Positions 1 through 8,130 of a stretch of 64,000 nt of DNA are shown piece after piece (the stretch's first letter is position 1; every line of letters begins with the position of its first letter). The notes under the pieces were generated by a model. That model was not told the origin of the DNA. It saw only the letters and a program-made list of their open reading frames with translations, and searched no databases. This DNA comes from Planctomycetota bacterium. GTDB taxonomy: Bacteria > Planctomycetota > UBA8108 > SXIK01. The position numbers were made by a program, and so were the translations under genes. Location of the stretch: NCBI GenBank assembly GCA_965223265.1, contig OZ244999.1:7360001-7424000 (forward strand), read 5' to 3'.

Positions 1-59
1 GGAACCTAACTGAGTATCTACTCAGCATCAGCGAGACAAGTCAGCACTCTCGAGGCTTC

Positions 60-533
60 ATGGTCCATTCGACGCTTCCCGGTCAAAGGCTGTTCACTCT
101 AGACGAAGCGAACCGAACCTTACCGCTCGTCTCGCGCATTCTCACCGATATCGTTCGTACGTACGGGGAGATCGAGGCGAAGCAAACAGAGGTTCTGCAG
201 TCCCAGGCAGACGGAGCGATCGAACCCGACGGCGAGAGCGCGGCGGCAGACACCGTTCCCGGTCCCGTGCGCGACAAGATCGCGGAGCTGCAGACATACC
301 TCAAGGAGTTGTCGAACATTGGCTGCGAGTGCAAGGACTTCGCCGCTGGGCTCGTCGACTTTCCCGCGCGCCTGGAAGAGCGCGTGGTTCTCCTCTGCTG
401 GAAGCTCGGCGAGCCGCACATCGACCATTGGCACGAGCTCGACGCCGGCTTTGCGGGGCGTCAACCAGTTGCCGATTTGTTCCGCACGGCGAGCGTTTCT
501 GATCCGAACTCAGGGTCGGACCGCAGCGACTGA
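60..533 (+). CDS. DUF2203 family protein
   Basis: FTLDEANRTLPLV N-terminus and GLVDFPA...LCWKLGEPHIDHWHELDAGFAGRQP C-terminal motif typical of DUF2203. Confidence 0.85.
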   Translation: MVHSTLPGQRLFTLDEANRTLPLVSRILTDIVRTYGEIEAKQTEVLQSQADGAIEPDGESAAADTVPGPVRDKIAELQTYLKELSNIGCECKDFAAGLVDFPARLEERVVLLCWKLGEPHIDHWHELDAGFAGRQPVADLFRTASVSDPNSGSDRSD

Positions 534-1607
534 CGCTTCGCCGCCTCGACTCGAGAATCCATCGCGCCCGCGCGGATGGGAATCGCCGCCGGGATGGGAA
601 TGAGCGCCCGGATCGGCGTCGTCACCGCGATCCCCTTCGGGCTCGTCGTCATGCTCGGAGTTGCCGGCCGGTGTGGACAGCTCGGCACATTGAAGTACGA
701 GGCGAGCTCGCGATCCGAACTGGCTCAGCCCGTTCGCAGCTGCTGAGCGAAAAGCCCGCCGAGCGCGAGCTCGGTCGCCAAGCTCGAGATAAAAGTAGCC
801 GAGCGTCCAGAAAAGCTGCTCCCGCCGCGCGCCCTCCGGCAACGCCTTAGCGCATTCAGCCTCGAGACGGGCCGCGGCCGCCTCAGTCTGGCCTTGTCGG
901 CGGAGCGTCCGCGCGTGATCAAGGGAGATCGCGATCGCCGTGTCGCGCTCCCCATCGGCTCCGATCGCCTCACGAGCCTGCGTCAGGAGTCGGTCTGCGT
1001 TCAGGTCGCGACCACTCTCGATGGCATGACGACCGAGGAGCTGGAGGGCGTGAGCACGCCGCGGTGCGAGAGAAGTCCCAGTCAACGAGTCGCCACGAGA
1101 TACGAACCGCCGGAGCGCCGCGCCCGCCTTGAAATACTCGCCTCGTTGGTGATGCAAACGGCCGAGCCAGTAGTTCGTCTTCGGCGCGCCAAGCTCGCTG
1201 GAGTTCTCTGCAGCTTGAAGAACCCCGCGCAGCGTCGCTGCAGTCTGCTGCAGCTCGGCGTCGAGGTGAAAACGCCCCACCTCCTCGCCTGACGCACGCA
1301 GCACGACGCACGTTGGCAGGCGCCTGAGGGAGAAACGCTGGCGCAGCGACGGCGACGCATCGACCGAGAGGCAAACCGTCTTCGCCGCTCTGGTTGCTGC
1401 AGCCCAAGCATCACTGCGAAGACAACGCTCGAGCGACATCGATTCAGCGCGGTCAGATCCAGTGAACCAGAGACACAGATAGGGCTCCGGGCCCAGAGTG
1501 CCGAGCGCGTCGACGACCGGATCCGCGCGCGCCGTCGAGCTGCAAAACGTCGACACTACGGCGGCGAGCGCAGCGGTGCGCAGGGTGGCGAAGGCTTCTT
1601 CTCTCAT
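510..1607 (-). CDS. Exported thioredoxin-like fold plus TPR-repeat protein (no CxxC)
   Basis: Signal-like N-terminus ending ARA-D; LWFTGS...LRQRFSLRRLPTCVVLRASGEEVGRF resembles a thioredoxin fold; TPR-like helices (YWLGRLHHQRGEY, WTLGYFYLELGD). Start placed at ATG 1607. Confidence 0.6.
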   Translation of the reverse strand: MREEAFATLRTAALAAVVSTFCSSTARADPVVDALGTLGPEPYLCLWFTGSDRAESMSLERCLRSDAWAAATRAAKTVCLSVDASPSLRQRFSLRRLPTCVVLRASGEEVGRFHLDAELQQTAATLRGVLQAAENSSELGAPKTNYWLGRLHHQRGEYFKAGAALRRFVSRGDSLTGTSLAPRRAHALQLLGRHAIESGRDLNADRLLTQAREAIGADGERDTAIAISLDHARTLRRQGQTEAAAARLEAECAKALPEGARREQLFWTLGYFYLELGDRARARRAFRSAAANGLSQFGSRARLVLQCAELSTPAGNSEHDDEPEGDRGDDADPGAHSHPGGDSHPRGRDGFSSRGGEASVAAVRP

Positions 1608-1876
1608 CGCCAAAAAATACACGAAAGGCCCACATCCGTCGACTTCTCGCGTCCACCCCCAAGCCCGCGCAAGCTCCTAACAAGTTCGCCTGGAAGGACT
1701 TCGACGAATCAGGCTAGCCACCGCCCAACCGACCCCGGCGCTTCGCACCTGCCAACCGCACCGGGTCACGTTACCGTCTTCCGTCTCGTTCCCTCGCTCT
1801 TTTCGCGGTCTTCTTCTCGTCTTCTTCTTCTTTTCTAAGGGGCGTCGGACGACGCGCTCGCGGCAGGCTAAGCTAA

Positions 1877-2053
1877 CAGCCCGCCTGAAAAAATCATTCG
1901 GCCGAGAAACCGGCCTCTTCGCGCCCAGCTCGACCGCGTCAATACTCGCCGTATACCTTATAGAAGAGGGCTCGGAGATTACCTGCGTTTGCCGCGGCCG
2001 ATCTGGACGCGAAGAGACCAGTTTTCGGCTCGAAGCACTTTTCAGGCAGGCTG
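1877..2053. mobile_element. Fold-back MITE-like element, copy 1 of 3
   Basis: Terminal inverted repeats CAGCCCGCCTGAAAA / TTTTCAGGCAGGCTG; CTAA on both sides (1873-1876, 2054-2057); similar copies at 42317 and 49338. Confidence 0.85.
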
Positions 2054-2057
2054 CTAA

Positions 2058-2310
2058 CTCGAGTTTGGCCATTTCGCGTCGAGCCTGCCAGCGCCAGGAG
2101 CGTCGAGGCCAAGGAGCGACGACAACGCGATCCCGCTCGGGTCGTGGCGGAGGACGGGCGCAGGCATCGGCGCTCCTGGCGTTCCCCGAAGGGCCGGACA
2201 GGAGTTTTTGAACATGCACAAGGGTTCTCAGGGTACTAAAAAGTCGAAAGGGCCTTTGAATTCCCGCGAAACTCGTCCGGCCAGGCCGGCGCGAAATGGC
2301 CAAACTCGAG
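2058..2310. mobile_element. Second non-autonomous element with perfect 21-bp terminal inverted repeats
   Basis: CTCGAGTTTGGCCATTTCGCG (2058-2078) is the exact reverse complement of 2290-2310; internal inverted repeat GCGCCAGGAGCG / CGCTCCTGGCG; CTAA on the left and GCTAAG on the right. Confidence 0.6.
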
Positions 2311-2447
2311 GCTAAGTATGTTCAACGAATGACCAACAAAGGCAGGAACTTTTCCGCCTGCCGTCATTCGACAGTCAGCGGTAGCTTTGCCTACCACCCT
2401 CCTCCGTGTAGGGCACGTCGTACAAACGACGTACAAAGCGAGCGCGA

Positions 2448-2477
2448 ACTATACCGCCACCGTGCGGAGAGCGTCAA
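2448..2477 (-). promoter_or_regulatory. sigma70-like promoter TTGACG-N18-TATAGT
   Basis: Both hexamers match the consensus at 5 of 6 positions, in an intergenic region of a GC-rich genome. Confidence 0.55.
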
Positions 2478-2508
2478 TCGAATCCTCGCATAAGAAATCC
2501 TTATCGCC

Positions 2509-3441
2509 TCATGCGCTCGGCTCTTGGTACTCCTTCGGCGTGACCCCGCGCTCGCTCATCTGCTTGAGCAGAAGCAGCGTCGCGGCCCAGTAGATCAAGC
2601 GCTGCTCGCGCCGCACCGACGGCAGCAGCCGCGTGCGATCGTGGATGGTGACGCGAACTGCGTCATCACACTCGAGAAGGGTCCACTCGACCTCGCCATC
2701 GCCACCGTCTTGCCAGATCCAATCGTGGACCAACCGACTTTCGGACACCGAAGCGACGATCCGGCTCGGCCCGAACGCCCGCGCGCCCTCGGCGCCAAAA
2801 CGGAAACCGCCATGAGCATCCGCTTCAGCGTCGTCCGACCACCAGCGCCGTAGCTGATCCGTCTCCGTCAACTTGCTCCAGATCACCCACGGAAATGTCG
2901 TCACATCGACTTCAAGCTTCAAAGCCGTGCTGTCGACGATCTGCCCGTCGAGGAGCAGTGCAGGGCGACCGGTCTCGAGATAAGTTCTCAGATTCGGGAG
3001 TGCGACCCACCACCAGTTCGGTGCGTCCGAGTCACTGAACAACCCATGAGGTCGTTCTTGAGCGGTTTGTGTCACCAGTAGCTCGGTCTGCTCCATCACT
3101 GTCGAAATCTCGTAGGACACCTCGGTGTCGACGCCGTCGACGAACCATGCGAATCGCAGTCTCTGGCCTTCTTGGCACTCTATGATTTCGAAATCTTGCC
3201 TGCGTGACTCTCTCTCCGGCGACTCCGCTGAGCGCCGGAGTACCGCCGGTGGAGCAAAGCGGTAGCACCCCCCTTGGCGGAGATCGACCTCGGCCTTCGA
3301 ACTCCACCACCGGCAGAGTTCTTCCGGAACAGTGAGCGCCTTCCAAACGCGCTGCGGCTGAATCGGAACAATCTCTTTGCGCTGCACGCTCCACGGTGCT
3401 CGTGGAGCACCGAATCGTGTCAGCTGAACAAAGTTCTCCAC
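2509..3441 (-). CDS. Tandem SRPBCC (AHSA1/START-like) domain protein
   Basis: Two repeats of the VWKALTxPEELxRWW motif (VWKALTVPEELCRWW; IWSKLTETDQLRRWW); GTG start at 3441, 5 nt after the pus10 stop. Confidence 0.8.
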   Translation of the reverse strand: MENFVQLTRFGAPRAPWSVQRKEIVPIQPQRVWKALTVPEELCRWWSSKAEVDLRQGGCYRFAPPAVLRRSAESPERESRRQDFEIIECQEGQRLRFAWFVDGVDTEVSYEISTVMEQTELLVTQTAQERPHGLFSDSDAPNWWWVALPNLRTYLETGRPALLLDGQIVDSTALKLEVDVTTFPWVIWSKLTETDQLRRWWSDDAEADAHGGFRFGAEGARAFGPSRIVASVSESRLVHDWIWQDGGDGEVEWTLLECDDAVRVTIHDRTRLLPSVRREQRLIYWAATLLLLKQMSERGVTPKEYQEPSA

Positions 3442-3445
3442 GTCG

Positions 3446-4501
3446 TTACTCCCAAGGCGGCTGCCACTGAACAGCCAAGACGTCGAGGGCGACACAATCG
3501 CACGGAATCTCAAGCGCAGTGCTGACTGAAGGGCTCGTGCGTCCGCGATCGCCGCTGATAAGTTCTTTGATGTACATTCCAGACTCGACACCAACTTCCC
3601 AGATGCCCTCGTACGGCGTGTTGCCGAGCCACCTCGACAGCTCGATGCGTCGTCGCCTTTCAACGTTTTCGCCTCGGCGCTTCATCACGCGCGCCGGCGA
3701 CAGCTGACGCACGCACGCGGAGGTGAGAGACTCAACCCGCCGCGCAGCGTCCGTCGGCGGGGAAGCGCCGAATCGAATCCATGCCCGGTACCGTTTGACG
3801 GCACGGGCTTCTTTGAGCGCACGAACCACCTGACGCCTCACCGGCACAAGTCCGAAGATTTCCGCCGTGCCGTGTGCCGCCGCGTTCACCGCGCGAGTCA
3901 ACGCATCGAGATCGAGTGTGCGCCGGTGGGGATCACGCACCTCCACGACAAACGGACGCCCATCTCCAAGCATTCGCACGTCCGTGTCCTCACGACCGAG
4001 AGCGTGAAAAAACAGTTCGCTGCCGGAAACCGCAGCGAGGAGCTGATCGCGCAGCAGCTCTTCGACGCTCGGGCCGCAGATCGTCCCCGTGTGACCGCAG
4101 CTCTCACAGCCGCGACCACGACAAAAGTGATGGACCCAGCGGCTCGCCGAAAGCCGACGAGACATCTTGCGATAGCGTCCGGCGATGAAGATCGGCGCTC
4201 GCGTCACTTCGATCCGCATGTCGTCATCGAGGTCGATGCGGACATCAGGTGTGCGGAAATCGACCACGAGACCGGGCCGCCGCGCCTCGATGAGTCGACC
4301 GAGAAGGATCTTGAGATCGCGGTACTTCGATTCGTGTTCCTCCCGAGTCGGTGCGCTCAGACGCCGAAACCCGAGGACAAAGCTGCGACACTGCGAACCT
4401 CGGAGAGCGTCGAGGATTCTTTCAGCCACGGACGCGACGTCAACGTCGTGCATCGCATCCTTGCCGTCGATTCTCTTCGCTGCATCGAGATCTTCACTCA
4501 T
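3446..4501 (-). CDS. pus10: tRNA pseudouridine synthase Pus10 family (archaeal type)
   Basis: IFIAGRYRK, CRGRGCESC, SVEELL, FHALGREDTDVRMLGDGRPFVVE (catalytic Asp), KRYRA, GMYIKELISGDRGRTSPSVS and LDVL, collinear with archaeal Pus10. Confidence 0.92.
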   Translation of the reverse strand: MSEDLDAAKRIDGKDAMHDVDVASVAERILDALRGSQCRSFVLGFRRLSAPTREEHESKYRDLKILLGRLIEARRPGLVVDFRTPDVRIDLDDDMRIEVTRAPIFIAGRYRKMSRRLSASRWVHHFCRGRGCESCGHTGTICGPSVEELLRDQLLAAVSGSELFFHALGREDTDVRMLGDGRPFVVEVRDPHRRTLDLDALTRAVNAAAHGTAEIFGLVPVRRQVVRALKEARAVKRYRAWIRFGASPPTDAARRVESLTSACVRQLSPARVMKRRGENVERRRRIELSRWLGNTPYEGIWEVGVESGMYIKELISGDRGRTSPSVSTALEIPCDCVALDVLAVQWQPPWE

Positions 4502-4689
4502 GTTTGACCTCGAGACCGTTTTTTGCCGTACGGAAACTATAGTTCACGGGAACGCTCGAACACGTCGTCGATTCACATGACACCGACATAGATTTCAACG
4601 GCGCTTCATGGTATCACTGCCAGCCGGTGGGTGCGCGAAGGGAAGTGCTTTTCTCAATCATTCCAGACAAAGAAGTGTGAGAGGATGCC

Positions 4690-5655
4690 ATGGGTCGCAT
4701 GTCTCTTCCCATCGAAACTCCGATGGGTGTTGCCGCTGGAGAATTGACTCTCAAGAATCGCCACCTCGAACTGACGATTCGTCCGGATCTTGGGTGTCAC
4801 TGGTCGCAGTTGAAGGTGTCGGCGAAGGGCCAGTGGCACGAGCTGCTCGTGCCCGCGGAACCGACGTCAAAAGGGGGCCTACGCTACGGCTCTTTTGTGA
4901 TGGCGCCCTGGTCGAATCGTATCGAGCGCGCCAGGTTTCAGTTTGCCGGCGAGTCATATCGTCTGCGTGCCAATCGTGACGACAGCACAGCAATTCACGG
5001 CGACGTCCGCTCGCGACCCTGGGAGGTCGAGAACTTCGATGGGCAGACGTTTGTCGCGACGCTCGACTCAGCTGGATTTGAAGACTTCAACTTCCCCTTC
5101 AGCGTCTCTTTCCGCTATGAACTCGAGCTGGCGCGCGAATGCATTCGCACGCGATTCACGATGGAAAACCGAGACGAGAGGGCCATACCGCTCGGTTGCG
5201 GTTTCCATCCATTCTTCCGTCGTCGTCTCTCGTCGCGTGACCGCGACGTCATCGTCGTGCTGCCGGCGCGGCGCGTCTACCCCCTCCGCAACTGCTTGCC
5301 GACCGGCGCCGCTGTCGAAGTGAGCGACCAGCGGGACCTCAGCAGCCTTGCTCCCCTCGGGAATCGAGACCTCGACGACTGTTTCACCGACTTTGAGACC
5401 GGGACTTTCCGACTCTTCTACCCGGGCACTGGGCTTGAGGTGCGCCTCGACGTCGATCCGGCGTTCGGCCATGCCGTGGTCTACGCACCACCCCACTCGA
5501 CGACCGGTTCGGGATTCGTTGCCGTCGAGCCGGTCAGTCACGTGACCAACGGCGTCAATCTGCTCGCCTCCGGCTGGAAAGACACCGGTGTTGCCGTCAT
5601 CGATCCCGGCGCCACCTGGAGCGGCAGTTGGGCTCTCTCTGTCGGCGACATATAA
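4690..5655 (+). CDS. Aldose 1-epimerase (GalM-like) family protein
   Basis: APWSNRI, AIHG, GFHPFF, LDDCF and FVAVEPVS motifs. Confidence 0.88.
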   Translation: MGRMSLPIETPMGVAAGELTLKNRHLELTIRPDLGCHWSQLKVSAKGQWHELLVPAEPTSKGGLRYGSFVMAPWSNRIERARFQFAGESYRLRANRDDSTAIHGDVRSRPWEVENFDGQTFVATLDSAGFEDFNFPFSVSFRYELELARECIRTRFTMENRDERAIPLGCGFHPFFRRRLSSRDRDVIVVLPARRVYPLRNCLPTGAAVEVSDQRDLSSLAPLGNRDLDDCFTDFETGTFRLFYPGTGLEVRLDVDPAFGHAVVYAPPHSTTGSGFVAVEPVSHVTNGVNLLASGWKDTGVAVIDPGATWSGSWALSVGDI

Positions 5656-5822
5656 CGACATGCAGAAGGCACACGCGGCTTGACAGCCTGTTGAGTTGAG
5701 TCCGGCCACATTCGGCGTTGTCGGAAGGAGTCAGAGCTGGAAGCTCCGGGCACTCCGTGGCGAAGCCGCCGCTTGGACGTTTCGGAAAACTCAAAAGAAG
5801 TCCGAAAAAGTCGATTTCTTGC

Positions 5823-5850
5823 TCAAGGGCTGGCGCGAACCAGTCGATAA
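5823..5850 (+). promoter_or_regulatory. sigma28 (FliA/WhiG)-like promoter TCAAG-N15-GTCGATAA
   Basis: Close to the TAAA/TCAAG-N15-GCCGATAA consensus, with correct spacing and an A-rich upstream tract. Confidence 0.55.
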
Positions 5851-5856
5851 CACCAA

Positions 5857-5988
5857 CGCGAAGCCCAAAACTGAGGAGTGAGGGCCTCGCTCGAAAGCCT
5901 TTAGAGCAGAAGTGATGAGACACGCCGGGCGGGTCGTCCGGCGGCAGAAGAGCGAAGCCCGCGGCAAAACGTCGCGGGCGTCTCTCTT
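5857..5988 (+). ncRNA. Candidate sigma28-dependent small RNA
   Basis: Follows the sigma28-like promoter; three hairpins, the last a 9-bp GC stem (5957-5979) with a pyrimidine tail; no credible plus-strand gene. Confidence 0.35.
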
Positions 5989-6101
5989 GAACGCGAGAGA
6001 CGCAGGGGGTTGCAGCCGCCGCGATGGCTGTGCTCTTGGTGCGACAGCTCCGTCCACGCCGCCGACTAGCCAGAGGCGCCCACCCCAGAGGCTGCTCGCC
6101 G

Positions 6102-6362
6102 TTAGGAGGGGTCGACCGCACCGTCCCACGCGAGCGGAAAGCGCATGAGCTCCTTCCACTCGATCGTCGCGCGACCGACAAGCTCCAGCTTGCCGACAAG
6201 GCTGCGCCCCGTCACTGGGTGGAAGAGAGCGTTGATCTTCTCCCAGCGGGCGTCGGTCGGGCGCAGGGGAAGTGGCTCATCAAAGCCATGGTCCGAGCCG
6301 TCGAGGTAGGGCCGAAAGTCGGCGATTTGTCCATCTGGGGTTTCGTAGATATAGAGTTCCAT
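6102..6362 (-). CDS. Small hypothetical protein (86 aa)
   Basis: ATG start and globular-looking composition, unlike the Arg/Ala-rich shadow ORFs; no family recognised. Confidence 0.5.
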   Translation of the reverse strand: MELYIYETPDGQIADFRPYLDGSDHGFDEPLPLRPTDARWEKINALFHPVTGRSLVGKLELVGRATIEWKELMRFPLAWDGAVDPS

Positions 6363-6568
6363 CGCTGTTCGCTCTTGCGGGCGTCGTGGTTAGACGGATC
6401 ACGGCACGCGGCGGCGGCCGTAGGTCGAGGCGAAATCCTACCTCAATGTCGCCCAAAAATGGCGCGCAAAAAACGCTGCTGCGCGCATCGACTGACGCGC
6501 CGACATGCTGGCGACGGGGCAGACGCGATCGGACTCGGTGCCCGGGCAGCCGGGCCGCTTCTCGCAGA

Positions 6569-6841
6569 CTAACGCCGCTGACGCACCACGCGCCGCCCAT
6601 TGCGGCCAAGCCGTTCCCGGCGTGCCGGTGCGGCGCGAGCCTGTGGAGTTCTTTCGGCCGGCGCCACAGTTGGCGGACGCGTCGTGTGCGCGCGAGGCTC
6701 CGACTGAGCGTACGCCGGCGCATCCCCGCCGCCGATCATGCCCAGCGCCAAGCACGAGAAAAGAAAGAGCGCCAGAGCGTTCACCATGCTGAACGTCACC
6801 ACCCGATGGGCGAGAGTCCAGTCGCGAAGTTTCGAAAACAT
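6569..6841 (-). CDS. Small single-pass membrane or secreted hypothetical protein
   Basis: GAGGAGG ribosome-binding site before ATG 6841; hydrophobic segment VVTFSMVNALALFLFSCLALGMIG and a Pro/Arg-rich tail. Confidence 0.6.
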   Translation of the reverse strand: MFSKLRDWTLAHRVVTFSMVNALALFLFSCLALGMIGGGDAPAYAQSEPRAHTTRPPTVAPAERTPQARAAPARRERLGRNGRRVVRQRR

Positions 6842-7442
6842 TCGAGAGCCCTCCTCTTCCCCCTGAGCGGTTCGGTTTCTCCGCCGAGCGACTGCCTCGA
6901 CAGGCCGCTGCAGGGCCAGAAAAGTATAGGAGGGAGAAGCCCGGCCGACAAACTCGGCCCTGTCAGAGAGTCGGCCTCGAATCACAACCCCTTGCGTCCC
7001 AAAGTGTTGCGCTTGTGGCGCACTGGCGTTGTAGCGTTGTCCACACCTGGGACACTCTGGTCACGTGACCAGTCATGACGAACACGGTTCGGACCACCCA
7101 CAGGTCCGACCACGCAGTCCCGTCGGGCGGGTGCCCTGGAGGAGCGTGTGGTGAGCCTTTGGAGAACCGAGACGCAGGGCTCACGCGTCGCTCTCTTCTC
7201 TTTTCGCGGCGCTCCGCACTGCCGCGGTCTCTGCGCCGGCCCGGGCCTCGGCCCCTCCGGATTCCGTTCCGTCTCACGGGACAAGCCGCTGCCGCACCGA
7301 ACGCCTTGCCGACACTGGCGCCGCCCCCACAAAACAGCGACACTGGTAGGATTCCTCCAAAATGCAAACACGCGCCCGTAGCCAGCGGCCGCGTCGAGGC
7401 GAACGGGCAAGAAAGGGCCCGCAGACCCAAACCCACCGACAC

Positions 7443-8123
7443 ATGCGACGTCAGCGTCCAGCGCCAGAACTACAGCGCGAGCGGAGAATCCTGGAGCGCG
7501 AGCTTCTCGATGAACTCGCCGCGCTGCGCAGCCAACTTCTCGCAGAATCGAAACGATTCCAGCGCGGGACGCGGTGGCGCGCGAAGTTCGCTCACCGGTG
7601 CTGCCAGCGGCCTCGCAACCAGATGCGTATTTCGCCACTCGAAGCTCGAGCGATCGAAATCGCGTTCCACACGGACGCCCAGCTGCGCCCGCACCTGCCG
7701 GACGTTTTGGCCCGCCTTGAGACGGAACTTCCACGCCTGCACGACAGCGAGGAACGCCAGAGTTTCGACTGCCCATTGCTCGACGGAAAACAGTGTCTCG
7801 TGCACGCGCGGGCCAAGCCGATCGGGTGCCTGGCGTGGCACGACGGCCGCGACTACACCAAGCTCGGCTGGGAAGCTTTTGCGCGCCGCGACGAACTTAA
7901 CGACCGGCTGCACGGCCGGTCATGGCGCCTACGTGTCATTCCGCTCTGGCTGAAGCGGGTGTTTCGCGGCCGCCGCCGCAGCTCTGCACCGCGGCGCGAA
8001 ACTCCGCCGAAAAGTGACGATCGCGGGCGCGCCGCAGCAGCCACGCGGCGGCCTTCACGCCGTCGCAGACCTGATCAAACCTCAGGCACCTCCGCGCGGA
8101 CGCGCCGCAGCAGCCGCGGCTAG
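7443..8123 (+). CDS. YkgJ-like (CxxCxxCC) cysteine-cluster protein, degenerate
   Basis: HRCC...ISPLEARAI...CPLLDGKQCLVHARAKPIGC; the first two Cys of CxxCxxCC are missing. Confidence 0.65.
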   Translation: MRRQRPAPELQRERRILERELLDELAALRSQLLAESKRFQRGTRWRAKFAHRCCQRPRNQMRISPLEARAIEIAFHTDAQLRPHLPDVLARLETELPRLHDSEERQSFDCPLLDGKQCLVHARAKPIGCLAWHDGRDYTKLGWEAFARRDELNDRLHGRSWRLRVIPLWLKRVFRGRRRSSAPRRETPPKSDDRGRAAAATRRPSRRRRPDQTSGTSARTRRSSRG

Positions 8124-8130
8124 CCTCGAT

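Noticed and set aside
1770-1836. Pyrimidine-rich low-complexity tract (TTC-like repeats)
   Set aside because: Short and irregular, with no supportable function
1877-2053. Repeat considered as an integron attC site or CRISPR repeat
   Set aside because: No RYYYAAC/GTTRRRY cores, copies are dispersed rather than arrayed, and there is no integrase or cas gene
1677-2303. 208-aa minus-strand ORF sharing peptide with the ORF at 42189-42527
   Set aside because: The shared sequence is just the translated MITE, not a real gene or transposase
2341-2400. GCAAAGC motif reminiscent of a c-di-GMP-I riboswitch
   Set aside because: The upstream GGCAAA...GAAA element and the receptor are missing
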